Assembly (NCBI RefSeq): GCF_030144855.1 | Contig: NC_082710.1 | Location: forward strand, 171,802,001-171,866,000 | Origin: Hypanus sabinus | Lineage: Eukaryota | Reading direction: 5' to 3' | DNA length: 64,000 nucleotides | In this document: piece by piece, positions 1 to 11,930 of the stretch | Position numbering within the stretch: position 1 is the first letter of the stretch | Layout of the letters: each line of letters begins with the position of its first letter | Translations under genes and position numbers: made by a program | Notes under the pieces: model-generated | Told to the model about the DNA's origin: nothing | What the model saw: only the letters and a program-made list of their open reading frames with translations | The model's database searches: none

Positions 1-51
1 GTCGCACGGTCGAGCCACTGATGTTCTGTTGCATTTTTTCTAAATAAACTG

Positions 52-760
52 TGTTACATACTCCGTAACTGGGTGTGAGACCAGCAGAGAGAGAAGAATC
101 TGTTGGAGTATGGTGGTACTATATTCAAAGGAGCTTATTAGTAAAATAAGCAAAACAGTACCAATAAGGCAAATATACATATAAAACAAGTTAGCAGTAA
201 TAAACCTAAAAGTGTGGGAATAATAATAAGCAATAATAAACAAGCTCTATCGATGTCTAGGGGTGAAAAAATTGTCATAAGTTCAATTCATGCGTGCTGA
301 GGTAGTTATGGTTGTGGTTTTGTAATCGTTGGAGAGAGAGAGAAAGAGAGAGCAAGAGATTGAACCAGCAACCCTTCCTGGTGCCTTCTGATTCCGTTGT
401 TCCGTTGTGGTCATTCGGATATGACCCCTCCGTTCTTCAGCTAGACCGTTCTTCTGTGGTGGACTCGTCACTCTGGCATGAGTAGATACACACACAAGTC
501 CCCACCGACCCTGCCGTCACACTTGTGAGCTTTACTGACCGATCTCCTGATTCGGTCCTCGATGCCCCCACCTTCTCGTGTAACCTTCTCAAAACTCAGT
601 CAGTGTCCACTGGTGTGTCTGAGGGTTGTCTTTCCAGACCTGTCTTTTATCCCTATAGACGGGGTTTCAGCTATCCATCAACTTTAAATGACTGTGTCCA
701 TCATAGCAGGCCACTCCTGCGGTCTCCTGAGGAATATTAACTAGCAAAAATAATGTCCTT
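52..760. mobile_element. LTR-like fragment (probable degraded solo LTR)
   Basis: Starts with the TGTTACA terminus seen on other LTRs in this window; non-coding. The other end and a TSD were not identified. Confidence 0.3.
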
Positions 761-3403
761 GTAGTGGAAGGTAAATAATCCAAAAAGAGTCAAAATATAA
801 TAAATCAACAATCCCCTCTCTCTCTTATCTGTAGCAGATGGACTGCCTTTGTTCTTCATCTCTCACATCCCTCATTAGCAGTATAGCAACAGCAATAGTT
901 CATAGTTCTCGGGGGGGGGGGTGGATGGTTAACTCTGCACCACAATTCCATCAGGTCGGTTCGGCACTCATAACAACTGATGTTTCTGACTCGACCTCGG
1001 AGACTGTCGTTCCGCTGTGCCTGGGTTCAGTCGTTGCCAGCATCCACTACGATAATCAAGCCTTTTATAAAGCTGTATCAGATCTCGCTTAAGCCTTCAC
1101 CGCTCCAGAAAACAGTTCAGATTTTACAGCCTCTCGTTATTCCAGATGTCCTCTAAGCCAAGCAACATCCATATTTAGTTTGAAGTGGCGTCGCAAATAG
1201 TGTAAACAGGGTAAATAGCGTAAAGGCAAGCATGGTGGAAGTTGAAATATTTAAGGGGAATATGAGGGGGAACATGAGGACCAGGAAAGTGTAGAACGAG
1301 TTACCAGCACGTGGTGCATGTAAGCTCGATTTCAACGTTTAGGTGAAGTTCGGATGCAGGATTATGGAGGGAAATAGACTGGCGCAGGTTGATGGAAATA
1401 TTAAATATTTCGACACAGACCAAATGGCCTGCTTCTGTGCTGCAGTTTTCTATGACTTCATACCGGAATTCCAGGACACCTCTCCTACAGCATTTCCAAA
1501 GCCTCAACGTCCTTACTATAATCGGGCAAACAGACCTGCTTGGAATACTCCAGATGCGGACGAACTAGAGTTTTACGAAGTTACAGCACAACTTACTGAG
1601 TTTGGACCTCAGTGCCTCGACTAGTAAAGACAATGCCTTCTCAACCACTATTCGGAAAGCATTTGAAAGCAACCGATCAAAATCACAAACATGAGACAAT
1701 GAATTGGTGGCGAAGATGCTGACTAAAGAGGAAAGGCACCAGGGAATCATAAAACCATCATGATAGTTGTTATTTGTGGGCTAGATTTTCAAGGCGACTA
1801 AAGTAGATTCAGTGGATTGAATTTCACCCAGGTAGTTGAACATTTTACTTTCGGACAGTTTAATGTGCCAGGAATTAAATTGCTACATGACGAAAAATTT
1901 GAGATGCTCATGTCAGGTTAACTTTGCTTTATTGTTGTTTTCAGGCCTGCTGTGCAGAAAACAGAATTGAACCTGAAAGTCAATAAGGCATAAAAAGAGA
2001 ATCAATGCTTCACCATTGCATTGATTATCCCTCTCAAACCCATTCTTCTGCGGAAAGACAAACCCTTTTTATGATCCGGAGTGAATAGCTGCTGCCCAAA
2101 TGGAACAAAATTGCAAAGAAAACGTTACAATAAAGTGTTACATTCACTTAATTTGCAAGTGTATATCTAATATCTTAATAGTTCAAATTCGTTAAGGTGG
2201 TAATGTGCGAAAAGTATCCTTTAACAAAAACAATATACTTTAAGAGTAAGTGGTAGGCCATTTAGAACTGAGTTGAGGAAAAACTATTTCACCTAGAGAC
2301 TGGAGGAAGTTACAGCAATAGGCAGCATATGTGTGGAGATAGAGATAGTGGATGGTTTGATTGAAACCGTGTTTTAGGACTCTAAACGTTTCTATATTTG
2401 GTATAGATACATCCTACAATAATTCATGGCACTCTCCACCAGCCATAACTCCTATCTGTGAAAGACACGTCGCCTACAAATTCCACCAAACGATCTAGCA
2501 GAATTCGGGGATGCAGTTGTCGATTGACCTTTCGCTGAGATATCTGTAAATCAGGAAAATTATTAACAGTTAATCCTCACAGACCAGAAAGAGGCACAAA
2601 TCGAAAAATGGAAGGTAGCTTGATAAGAGATGGGCAAATCAATGGTGGAATGTGGTTCCCTCACGATATTTGATGGCACGCGACCACGTAACGATAGAAC
2701 CAAATCAGCGAAGGCCTTCATGACTGTTGTCTTTATTTCACTGTGTACAATTTGCCTCCACGGTGTTGAACATTTGAATGGTAAATTAACTAAAAGTAAC
2801 ATTCAATCATCATGCTTAATCGTCCACTTATTCAGTCAAATATCAGTAGGACTCGATATTAAAGAATACAGTTACAATACAATCGTATCAATTTGGGAAA
2901 ATAACTTATTCCGCTTTGCAAGGGATTAGCAGATTGTAAAGGAAAACAAGGCAAATCATACTTTTACATAGAGAACGAAGAAATTTGATGTAAGTCTAAG
3001 CCTTTTAAAAGAGCAACCCATTTCTATACCAATTTCTCTTTGCAACCTACTTTCTTTACATTTCCATCAACTCCACTACAGAGGAGGAGTGATTCATAGA
3101 TGTCATTTGTCAAGGTCAGGGTGGAAAATTAAGCACCCGGAGCAAACCCAGGCAGTAACAAACAGAACGTGCGAACTCCGCACTGACGTAACCAAAGCCA
3201 GGATTGAACACACGGTGCTGGAACTCTGATACAGCATCTCCTTTAGATGCACCGCTCGGCCGCCATAATAGTTAGCGATGGTCGTACCTGTCTATTGAAC
3301 CCGAAACAAGCAACATTTCCATGCACAAAACCGTGATGAAATTGATAGGACTTAGATTTGTTGTGATTTGTTGGTGAATGTGATTTCCTTTTATTCTCAA
3401 CAG

Positions 3404-3560
3404 CTAGGAACCCAACGGGATTTGGAAGGAGCTTGCGTTGGCAGTTAATTGAAATGGGAGTGAAACTTGCAGTGTTTGCTTTGATCAACACTGTAACAGT
3501 TTTCGGCATCCGCACCTGGGGGACATATAGAGCTCTCATTGCAACAAATCGAGCTAACAG
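3404..3560 (+). CDS. NCR3-like: Gene A TM exon of an NCR3/NKp30-like receptor: (x)RNPTGFGRSLRWQLIEMGVKLAVFALINTVTVFGIRTWGTYRALIATNRAN(R)
   Basis: Acceptor ttattctcaacag| at 3403; 157-nt phase 1-2 exon; AG|GCAAGT donor; hydrophobic stretch with Lys. Near-identical copy at 59316-59472 (9 nt differences). The minus-strand ORF 3243-3656 is its shadow. Confidence 0.85.
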
Positions 3561-4370
3561 GCAAGTATTCATGGGAACACAGTAAAAAAAAAATAACGAC
3601 ATGAACAGAGGAGCGCTTTTGGCGCAGAATTTAAAAGTTATAGTGGTACACAACATTTAATGCTTCAATACAGTCGTCAAATCTGGTCAATTAATACAAT
3701 AACACCAAAATGCATATCTGTTATGTCCGGTCTGGAGCCCGCATTCCGGGTCATGATCTGCTCCGCGGACTCCGGACTCCGGGTCTTGTAGTCGTCCCTC
3801 CTTTCACCCTTGAGCTAATTAGTCACACCTGTGGATTATTGTGGCTTGTTTGGACTCAAGGAGGCACACCTGATGCTCATTGGCTGGTAGGTGGAGATAA
3901 GGGGCTCTGGGGGCTTCCGATGATTAAAGGGGAACAGCCAACCAGAACCATGACAGCGGTCATGGCTGTGTGAAGGCTTGGGAGGGAGTGCTCAGTTGGT
4001 GCATGTGTGAAAGTGGTTTGGAACTTGTTGAGGGAAATAGAGTGGGGAAGGCGTGGGAATTGCTGGGAGGGGGTTGCCTGGGTCTGGTAATGGCAGTCAA
4101 GGCGAGAGGAGGGGCTGAGGGAAAGAGAGTGGAGAAGGAGCGGGATAGGGATTTGGGATCAGAGGTAGGCAGCTGAGGAGAAACGGATTATTGTGAAGGG
4201 AGAAATAAAGGGAATAAGGAGATAGTGAGGGGATGGATGAATGAAAACCGAGACAAGGGAATAAAAGAATAAGAAATGACAGTGGAGAGAGTTCTGAAAG
4301 TGAGGAAGATGAACAAGTTCAGAGAGGAGGTGTTGTCATAATTAGGTTTAATGAGAAGGCGCAAGGACAC

Positions 4371-4964
4371 ATGAAGAAAATTAACCCGTTTGTGCTAACA
4401 ATAACTCTGGCAAATAAGATAGGGGAAATAGTATTTGCAGAAGTCCTTAATGATGGCAATCTATTGGTAAGATGTGCGAATGAGGAACAACTTGAGAAAG
4501 CACTCAAGCTAAAAGAGATAGGAAAATGCCAGGTGGAATATACAGGGAGGGTGGGAGCACGAAATGGTGGTTGTAAAGGAGTGATCACGGGTGTACCAAT
4601 GAGTATAAACATGGAGGAGTTGAAGAGGAATATCAAAGGGGGGAAAGTAATTAATGTTCTAAGACTGAAAACAACAAAGGAGGGGATGAAAAAGGAAAGT
4701 GAAATAGTATTGATTGAATTTGAAGAAGAAAGAGTTCCAAGGAAAGTGTTCCTGGGTTTCATGAGTTACCCAGTAAGGGTATATGTGCCAAAGCCATTGA
4801 GGTGCTATAATTGTCAAAGGTTTGGACATATAGCTAAAAACTGTAAAAGGCAGAGGAGATGTGCTAGATGTGGGGATGATCATGAATATGGAAAGTGCGG
4901 AATAGGAGTGCAACCAAAATGCTGTAATTGTGGAGGAGCTCATAATGTGGCGTATAGTGGGTGA
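4371..4964 (+). pseudogene. LINE ORF1 (gag-like, three Zn knuckles), truncated
   Basis: CYNCQRFGHIAKNC, CARCGDDH and CCNCGGAH motifs. Confidence 0.85.
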
Positions 4965-5328
4965 GGTTATGAGATGGGAGAATAAAATTGAAGAAATGAG
5001 AGTGAAAAGAAAGATCACTTATGCAGAAGCTGTAAGAATGTCAAGAGAGCAGAATAATGCTCCTAATGACCAGAGAGCAAAAGGGATGCAAGAGTTGCAG
5101 CGAACAGTAAATGACAGGATTTATGTGGGAAAAAAAAGCTCTAGTTAGATTCATTGCAGGAGTCATTAATAGTACGGCAGAGATAAGGTCAAAAAGTGAC
5201 AGAATTCAGCTGGTGGTCAAAGCAGCAGTAAACCATTTGGGGTTAGTAGGACTGACATGGGAAGAAGTGAGGGAAAACCTCACTAATCAGTCAAGACAGG
5301 AAGTGTCATAGGTTGGTTAGTACTCATT

Positions 5329-8300
5329 ATGGTGATTCTTTTGCAATGGAATGCAAGGAGTTTACTGGCCAATGGCCAGGAATTTAAGGACTTTATTAAG
5401 GAAATGGTTGTAAAACCGGATTTAGTGTGTATGCAGGAAACTTGGTTGAAACCAACTTTAGACTTTGTGGTACATGGGTATACAATGATAAGGAAAGATA
5501 GAAATCTAGGGGGAGGAGGAGGTTGTACTATGTTAATCAAGCAAGGTATACCGTATAGAGTACTGGAAAAAGGAGACGATCAGGAATACATCGTGGTGGA
5601 AATATGGGAGAGAGGGGAGGGAGTGGTTATAATTAACTACTACAATCCATGCAAAAGGTTGGATTTGGACAGCTGACTAAGGATACAAGGACAAAATAGA
5701 CATAAAGTAGTGTAGTGTGCAGATTTCAATGCTCACAGCACAATATGGGGGATCCGATTACAGATTCAAATGGAACGGTAATTGAAGATTTGATGGAAGA
5801 AAGGGATTTGGTATGTATGAATGATGGTAGAGGAACAAGGATAAACATAACAACAGGAACTGAGTCGGTATTAGATATTACGTTAGTGTCTCATGTCTTG
5901 GCTGGCATTAGTAACTGGGGATTTTGGACTGATTCAATAGTAGGCAGTGATCACTACCCAGTTTTATGTTTAGTGGGTGAAAGAGTTGAAATTAAGACCA
6001 GGTGGGGGAGTCCCAAAGTGGGTATTTGGAAAAGCAGATTGAGGTAAGTTCCAGAAGTTAAGTGAAGAAGCATTGACAAAGATTGTCATTTCTGGAGATT
6101 TAGATGAATTAAACAGTCAGGTGACTTCAGCAATTATTATGGCAGCAGAAGGATTTTTATCCAGCAGTAAAAATAGGATGAATAGAAAACTAGTGCCATG
6201 GTGGACAGAGGAATGTTGTCAGGCTGTAAAAAACAGAAGTAGAGCATTCAGGCTAGTTAAAAGAACCCATAATATACAACATTTTATTCCATATAAGAAG
6301 GCACAGGCAGTGGTGAGAAGAACTATACGTCAAGCTATAAGGGCAAGTTGGAGGAGTTTTTGCAACAAAATAGGAAGAACAACGCCTGTGGGAGAGGTAT
6401 GGGGAATGATTAAGAGGATGGGGGGAGATAGAAGGGATTGGGAGTATCCAGTAATGATCTCTGAGGAGGAAACAGCAGTCTCCAGCAGGGATAAGGCTGA
6501 GATCATGGCCAAGTCATTTGTAAAGATACATAGTTCAGAAAATTTGTCTGAAGAAGGGAGAAGGAGAAGGGAAAGAACAATGAGTCAATACCCAGGTGTG
6601 TTAAACAGGAGGAAAAAACAGTTGATATAATTGATGATCCATTTACTTTGGCGGAAATGGTGAGAGCAATAAAGAGATCGAGACCAACCTCCCCAGGGAA
6701 AGATCTAATATGCTATGTTATGCTAAAAAATCTAGGAGAAGGAGTGCTCTTGAAGTTACTGCTTTTTTATAACAGAGTGTGGGAGGAGGGAAGATACCAA
6801 ATGAATGGAAAGAAGCAGTAGTAATTCCAATAAGGAAACCTGGCAAGGATCCGTCAAAACCCACTAGCTACAGGCCAATAGCACTAACATCAAATATATG
6901 TAAGGTAATGGAAAGGATGATAACTGAAAGGTTATCATATGATCTTGAAAAGAGGAATGCTGGCAAGTTATCAGTGGTTTTAGGAAGGGAAGGAATTCCA
7001 TGGACTCAGTGATAAGGTTAGAAACTGAAATAAGAAAGGCCCAGGCAAATAAAGAATCAGTAGCTGCAGTGTTTTTTGGCATTGAAAAAGCCTATGATAT
7101 GATGTGGAAGGAAGGATTATTAATTAAACTGCACAAGATGGGGTTTGGGGGAGAATTTGTAATTGGATTAAAGATTCTTTTTGTTTGGTAGAAGAATTCA
7201 AGTTCGGATTGGATCAGAATTATCAAAACAGTACATAGTGGGAAATGGCACACCTCAGGGTAGTGTGATTAGTCCGTTACTTTTCAACATTCAATGATGT
7301 CTTCACAAAGGTACCGGTGGATATAGGTAGATCACTGTTTGCGGATGATGGGGCCTTGTGGAAAAGAGGCAGGAACACGGAGCATATAATCAGGAAACTA
7401 CAAGGAGCAATTGATGAAGTGGTAGAGTGGAGTTATGATTGGGGATGTAGATTTTCAGTGGAAAAAACTCAAACTGTATTTTTCACTAGGAAAAGAATTG
7501 AAGTAGGGAAGAAGTTAAGGATGTATGGGATTGAATTAGAAAGGGTTGGATCATTTAAATTTCTGGGAGTTATATTTGATTCACGATTAACATGGGCAGA
7601 CCATATCAGGAAAGTTGAGGAGAAATGTGAAAAAGTAATAAACGTGATGAGATGTTTGACTGGTAGGGAATGGGGAGCAAGTTGTTCAACATTAAAGAGA
7701 ATGTATGTGGCTTTAGTAAAATCTGTGTTGGATTATGGAAGTGTAGCATATGGATCAGCAGCTAGGTCTCTTATAAGGAAACTGGATGTGATTCACGCTC
7801 AGGTTTTGAGAGTGTGCAGTGGGGCTTTTAAAACATCATCAGTATCAGCTCTGCAGGTGGAAATAGGAATAATGACTTGGGAATTAAGAAGGATGCAATT
7901 GATGGCAAATTATTGGGTTAATTTGCAGGGACACAATGATTCTCACCCTGCTAAAGGAGTGTTGCAGGAGTCTTGGGAAAATGGGAGGTTTCAGAGAGAA
8001 AACTTTAGTCGGGTAGGGAATGATATTGCTAGATCATGTGGAGTGTTTGATATAAGGATAAGTCCTTCAGTAGTTTATCCGGTTGTAGCTCCATGGAAGC
8101 AGGTATGGCCTGACGTCGACTGGCATTTGTTGGAGGTAAAAAGGAAAGGTAAGTATAAAACTGATTTGGTAAGTGCATTTAACTGTCATGTGATTGAAAA
8201 GTATAGTAATTATACTCAGGTCTATACAGATGGTGCTAAGGAACCTGAGACAGGAGTGACAGGGTTTGGGGTGGCTATAACCAGCAAAAACAATTGCAAT

Positions 8301-8930
8301 CAGCAGAAGAACTTCTGATAAGTTAGCGGTGTATACAGTTGAGCTGATGGCAGTTTTGGTTGCGTTGCGTTGGGTGGAGAAAACTAAACTAGTCAAAGCA
8401 TTGATATGCTCAGATTCATCTTCAGTACTAGCAAGTTTAAGGTCTTCTCACTCAAACAGCCGGCAAGATGTACTTCATGAAGTCCTTCAGTCAGTCACAA
8501 GAGTTGCAAATCAGGGAGGTCAGGTTAAATTTCTATGGGTTCCAGCTCATGTAGGGGTGAAGGGCAATGAAAGGATGGATGAGTTGGCAAAGAGGGCAAT
8601 AAAGAAAGAAAATGTAGAAATGCACATTAGTATCAGTAAAGCAGAGGTTAAGTTTGTAATCTGGGAAAAAATTGACCAAATGTGGCAAGAAAGATGGGAC
8701 AGGGAGGGGAAAGGGAGGCATTAATATCAAATACAAAAAAGTGTTGCAGGTACTAGGGTAGGAAGTAGATACAGAAGAGAGGAAATTATGTGGACTAGGT
8801 TAAGGCTGGGGCACTGTGCACTAAACCAAACATTGAAACTGATAGGGAAACACCACACAGGATTATGTGCGGAATGTCAGGAAGAGGAGTCAGTAGAACA
8901 TGTAGTTCTGAGTTGCAGGAAGTAATGGGA
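5329..8930 (+). pseudogene. LINE ORF2 (endonuclease-RT-RNase H) broken by frameshifts and stops
   Basis: ILLQWNARSL, QETWL, GSDHYP (APE); YRPIALTS, SLFADD (RT); YTDGAK, YTVELMA, WVPAHVGVKGNERMDELAK (RNase H), spread over ORFs 5329, 5715, 6073, 6779, 7000, 7317 and 8329. Confidence 0.9.
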
Positions 8931-9612
8931 TACAGATAGAGACGATGAGAATTAATCTAAGGGAATTGGGGGTGCAGGAATTCACATTAAAAGGGTTGCT
9001 GTGCATGGGTGAGAGAACACAGGTCAGGGTATTTTTTAGCTTTCTTAAGGGGTACAGGGTTTTTTTTATAGGATATGATGGATAAACTGAAATGGGGTAC
9101 TAGGATGGGGAGGATAAAGAGTAGGTTAGGGTATGTGCATGTGTGTGATTGGGGGAAGGGATTTAGAATGTGAGTCCATCGCATACTCTGGAACAGAAAG
9201 AGGCGGTAATGCACCATTAAGATGTGTGCCAACCGCCGTAAAACAAGACGGAGAAAGACAGAGAGAGTCTAGTTGGGAGGGGAGGTCGTCCTGCTTTGAA
9301 TCTGTTTTGTCTTGTTTTCCTGGTAGGCGCTGGTCCCGCGGTTCGGTCCGGTTTGCCTTGCTCGCGCTGTCCGACTGTCTATCCCGTTTTGACCTCGTCG
9401 TCCTGTGTTGCGCTGGTCGCCCTGTCTTCCCTGTCATGTTTGTTCTGCTGGCGCCGTTCGCCCGGTCTTCGTTTCCGTTCGCCCCGGCTTGAAGTACCCG
9501 CCTCTAATCAACGAATTCTGTGAGTCAGTCTCGGAGTCACCCTGGTCCTAGTCCCTTTTCCTACACCTCGCCCCCGTCGGACAGGTCAGGCCAGATTGAC
9601 TTTTCCTATCCC

Positions 9613-9870
9613 TCGCTTCTGACGGGTGGTACCCCACAACTGCCAAGGCTTTCCGCGTCTTGCCCAGGCCTCTGTGTTCACGCCTGGGAGGTGGCCCTGC
9701 CATGGAGTCATGTGGCCCGCCCGAAGGACCCTCATTCCTGCTTCTCGCTCTCGACGGGTGGTACCCCGCACCAGCCCAGGTTCCCGCGTCTCGCCCAGGC
9801 CTCTGTGTCCATGCCTGGGAGGCGGACCTGCCAAGGAGTTATGCGATCCGCCCTGAGGACCCTGCCTCGC
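9613..9870. repeat. About 131-bp tandem repeat (2 copies) inside the LTR
   Basis: tcgct..gacgggtggtacccc...cccaggcctctgtgt...gcctgggagg recurs at about 9613 and 9744. Confidence 0.75.
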
Positions 9871-10892
9871 CATGAACCCCGCGACCCAGCCTCGCCATGG
9901 ACCCCCTGAGGATCCTCCTGCTTTGCCTGAGCTATCTCTGAACCCCAGGATCACCTTTGAATGCCGCGTCCCTCACGTCACGGTCACCCCACCTTGTTCT
10001 ATCCTTTAGTTGTCCCTGCCCTGCCCCTAGTACTTCAGTGCCTGCGTCCTGCATTAGGGTCCATTCCATGTCCCCGTATGGCAATATCAGTGGAAATAGG
10101 CCAATCGGCCCTTGGAGTCTGCTCCGCTATTCGAACATGGCTGATTTATTATCCCTCTCAACACCAAACTCTTGTCTGCTCTCCGTATACTTTGACGCCC
10201 CTGCTAATCAAGATCCTATCAACCTCTGTTTTAAATGGGCCGCCAGAAGCATCTGTGCCAATAAACTCCAGTGATTCACAGGTTCTGGCTAAAGATGGTA
10301 AGATCTACTCTGCTCTTCATTTTCGTGTGTTATAGACAATTTTTTGCAAAACATATCTTTGGAGTGCTTTGCAGTTAATGGGTTTATGTCTTGGTAATAA
10401 TTTAACCATTTTATTGAAATTTGAAAATCCTTCTTTGCCTGTTTTATCTATTATGGCTATTAGTAGTTGTTCAGCCAATTATAGTCAAATCAAACTCTTC
10501 CTTTACTTGTGGAAGCAATGCTTCCACGGACGGTGACAAACAAAATCCATGACAGATAATCGGAAAACAAACAGAAAAAGGCATTGATTAGCCTTTCCCC
10601 GAAAACTCTAATTCAATCTACAGACTTCGCATGAATTAATATGTAAAACTGAAACTTAAATGGATATTCAGGATATAAACGTATTGAGGATGTCTGCTTA
10701 CTTAACAAATTTCGCTTTAAAGAGAAATATTCTCCTAAATTCCAATCTAATGTAATCGCTGATCATATAACAGTTATTTTAACAATCAAATGATGTCTAT
10801 GAAGGTGGCAACTGGTCAACTATCACGGACTAATTATGAAGTACTATATGACCTTTTGCTACGTTACAATCTTCTGCGCTTGGGTTTTTCAG

Positions 10893-10923
10893 GAGGATTG
10901 AGGGAAATATTCCACTTGTTTAG
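10893..10923 (+). CDS. NCR3-like: Gene A last coding exon: (R)RIEGNIPLV*
   Basis: Acceptor tgggtttttcag|; phase matches the phase-2 end of the TM exon; TAG at 10921-10923; identical coding sequence at 60463-60493. Confidence 0.75.
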
Positions 10924-11065
10924 ATATCGGTCATCGCAGAAATAGGAAGATGGAGTTCACTGTGCTTTACTTTGCTCCATCTGGAATTATAAAACCAGGG
11001 AAATTCAGCACTTCTTTTAGATCAACCAATTTGAATGAAAATGGCACAGATGCTGGAAATGAAAT

Positions 11066-11262
11066 AATAAAGAAAAAGAAATGCTGACCACATTCAGTAG
11101 GGCAGGCGGCGTCAGTGCTTAGAACACATATCCCTCATAGCGACCGATATGCTTTGATTATATTTAAACCGGAATCGGAGGTGTTGAAAACGTCTGGTCT
11201 TCTGGCACATATTGTCCTGTTATGAAATCAAATGTCATAATTGCTCAACTTTCATGAATAAA
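11066..11262 (+). terminator. Candidate polyadenylation signals of gene A (AATAAA at 11066-11071 and 11257-11262)
   Basis: Hexamers about 140 and 330 nt after the stop; the first is conserved in gene B at 63586-63591. Confidence 0.4.
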
Positions 11263-11705
11263 ATATAGGCATTCTGTAAGTGCGGCGGAGAATAACAAAA
11301 TTGCAGAAGTAAAATACAACATAATTGTGAAAAGTAGCATATTACTCACATTTGTAATAGGATATGAGACTGAAACTTAAGGCAACATCAGAAATTAATT
11401 AATATATTATGTGACAGATGATTTTTCATACATTGTCACTATGTTAATTCATCAGCCATACCTGCCTATGCTGCCTATTCCTTATGCTGAGTTCCGATTC
11501 CAGCTCACAGAATCTAATAAAACATTCAGTGCAGGGTAACGTAATTTCACTCGTTATAAAAATGTTGGGAGGAAAGGTGATTTTGAGATGAGTATTGCAA
11601 TCTAGTCTGAATACTGAGAGGTTACTCCTGTGCAAGTGTCTACTAACTGCTTCATAAATAGAATGGTGGTATTTGATTCTATTATCCTTTCTGTCAGCGA
11701 ATTTT

Positions 11706-11930
11706 CCATCAGCATACCCCCGAGTATTTGGCTTAATAATATCAGCAACCTCACTGTAGCTTCTGTGCCCATGACCCTGTTCAATTCGGGCAATTACTTA
11801 TCCAATTGCGAAGTCTTCATCAGCACACCCTCCCAACACCCCCGAGTATTTGGCTTAATAATATCAGAAACCTCACTGTACTTTTCGTACCCATGACACT
11901 ATTCAATTCTGGCAGTTACTTATCCAGTTG
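11706..11930. repeat. About 120-bp imperfect direct duplication
   Basis: ccccgagtatttggcttaataatatcag.aacctcactgta...cccatgac.ct.ttcaattc.ggca.ttacttatcca occurs twice (about 11717 and 11840). Confidence 0.8.

Larger units (their letters stand above)
3913..9268 (+). mobile_element. Near full-length I-clade (Nimb-like) non-LTR retrotransposon, frameshifted
   Basis: ORF1 with CCHC knuckles, then ORF2 endonuclease, RT, RNase H and C-terminal Zn motif; 3' end gcggtaatgcacc...gccaaccgccgtaaaac plus a purine-rich tail. Ends approximate. Confidence 0.85.
3719..10083 (+). mobile_element. Solo LTR (TG...CA) split by a nested LINE, in the post-TM intron of gene A
   Basis: TGTTATG at 3719, ...ATGGCA at 10083; 5-bp TSD ATATC at 3714-3718 and 10084-10088. 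The paralog has the empty site near 59620-59640 (gcataacagtagaattag vs gcatatc|agtggaaatag). Confidence 0.85.

Noticed and set aside
1491-1624. Possible stalk or tail exon (ctctcctacag acceptor; FPKPQRPYYNRANRPAW...)
   Set aside because: No counterpart between V5 and the TM exon in gene B, no good donor, and it directly follows a CR1 tail.
3243-3656. 137-aa minus-strand ORF repeated at 59242-59484
   Set aside because: Antisense shadow of the + strand TM exon, which has the splice sites and correct phases.
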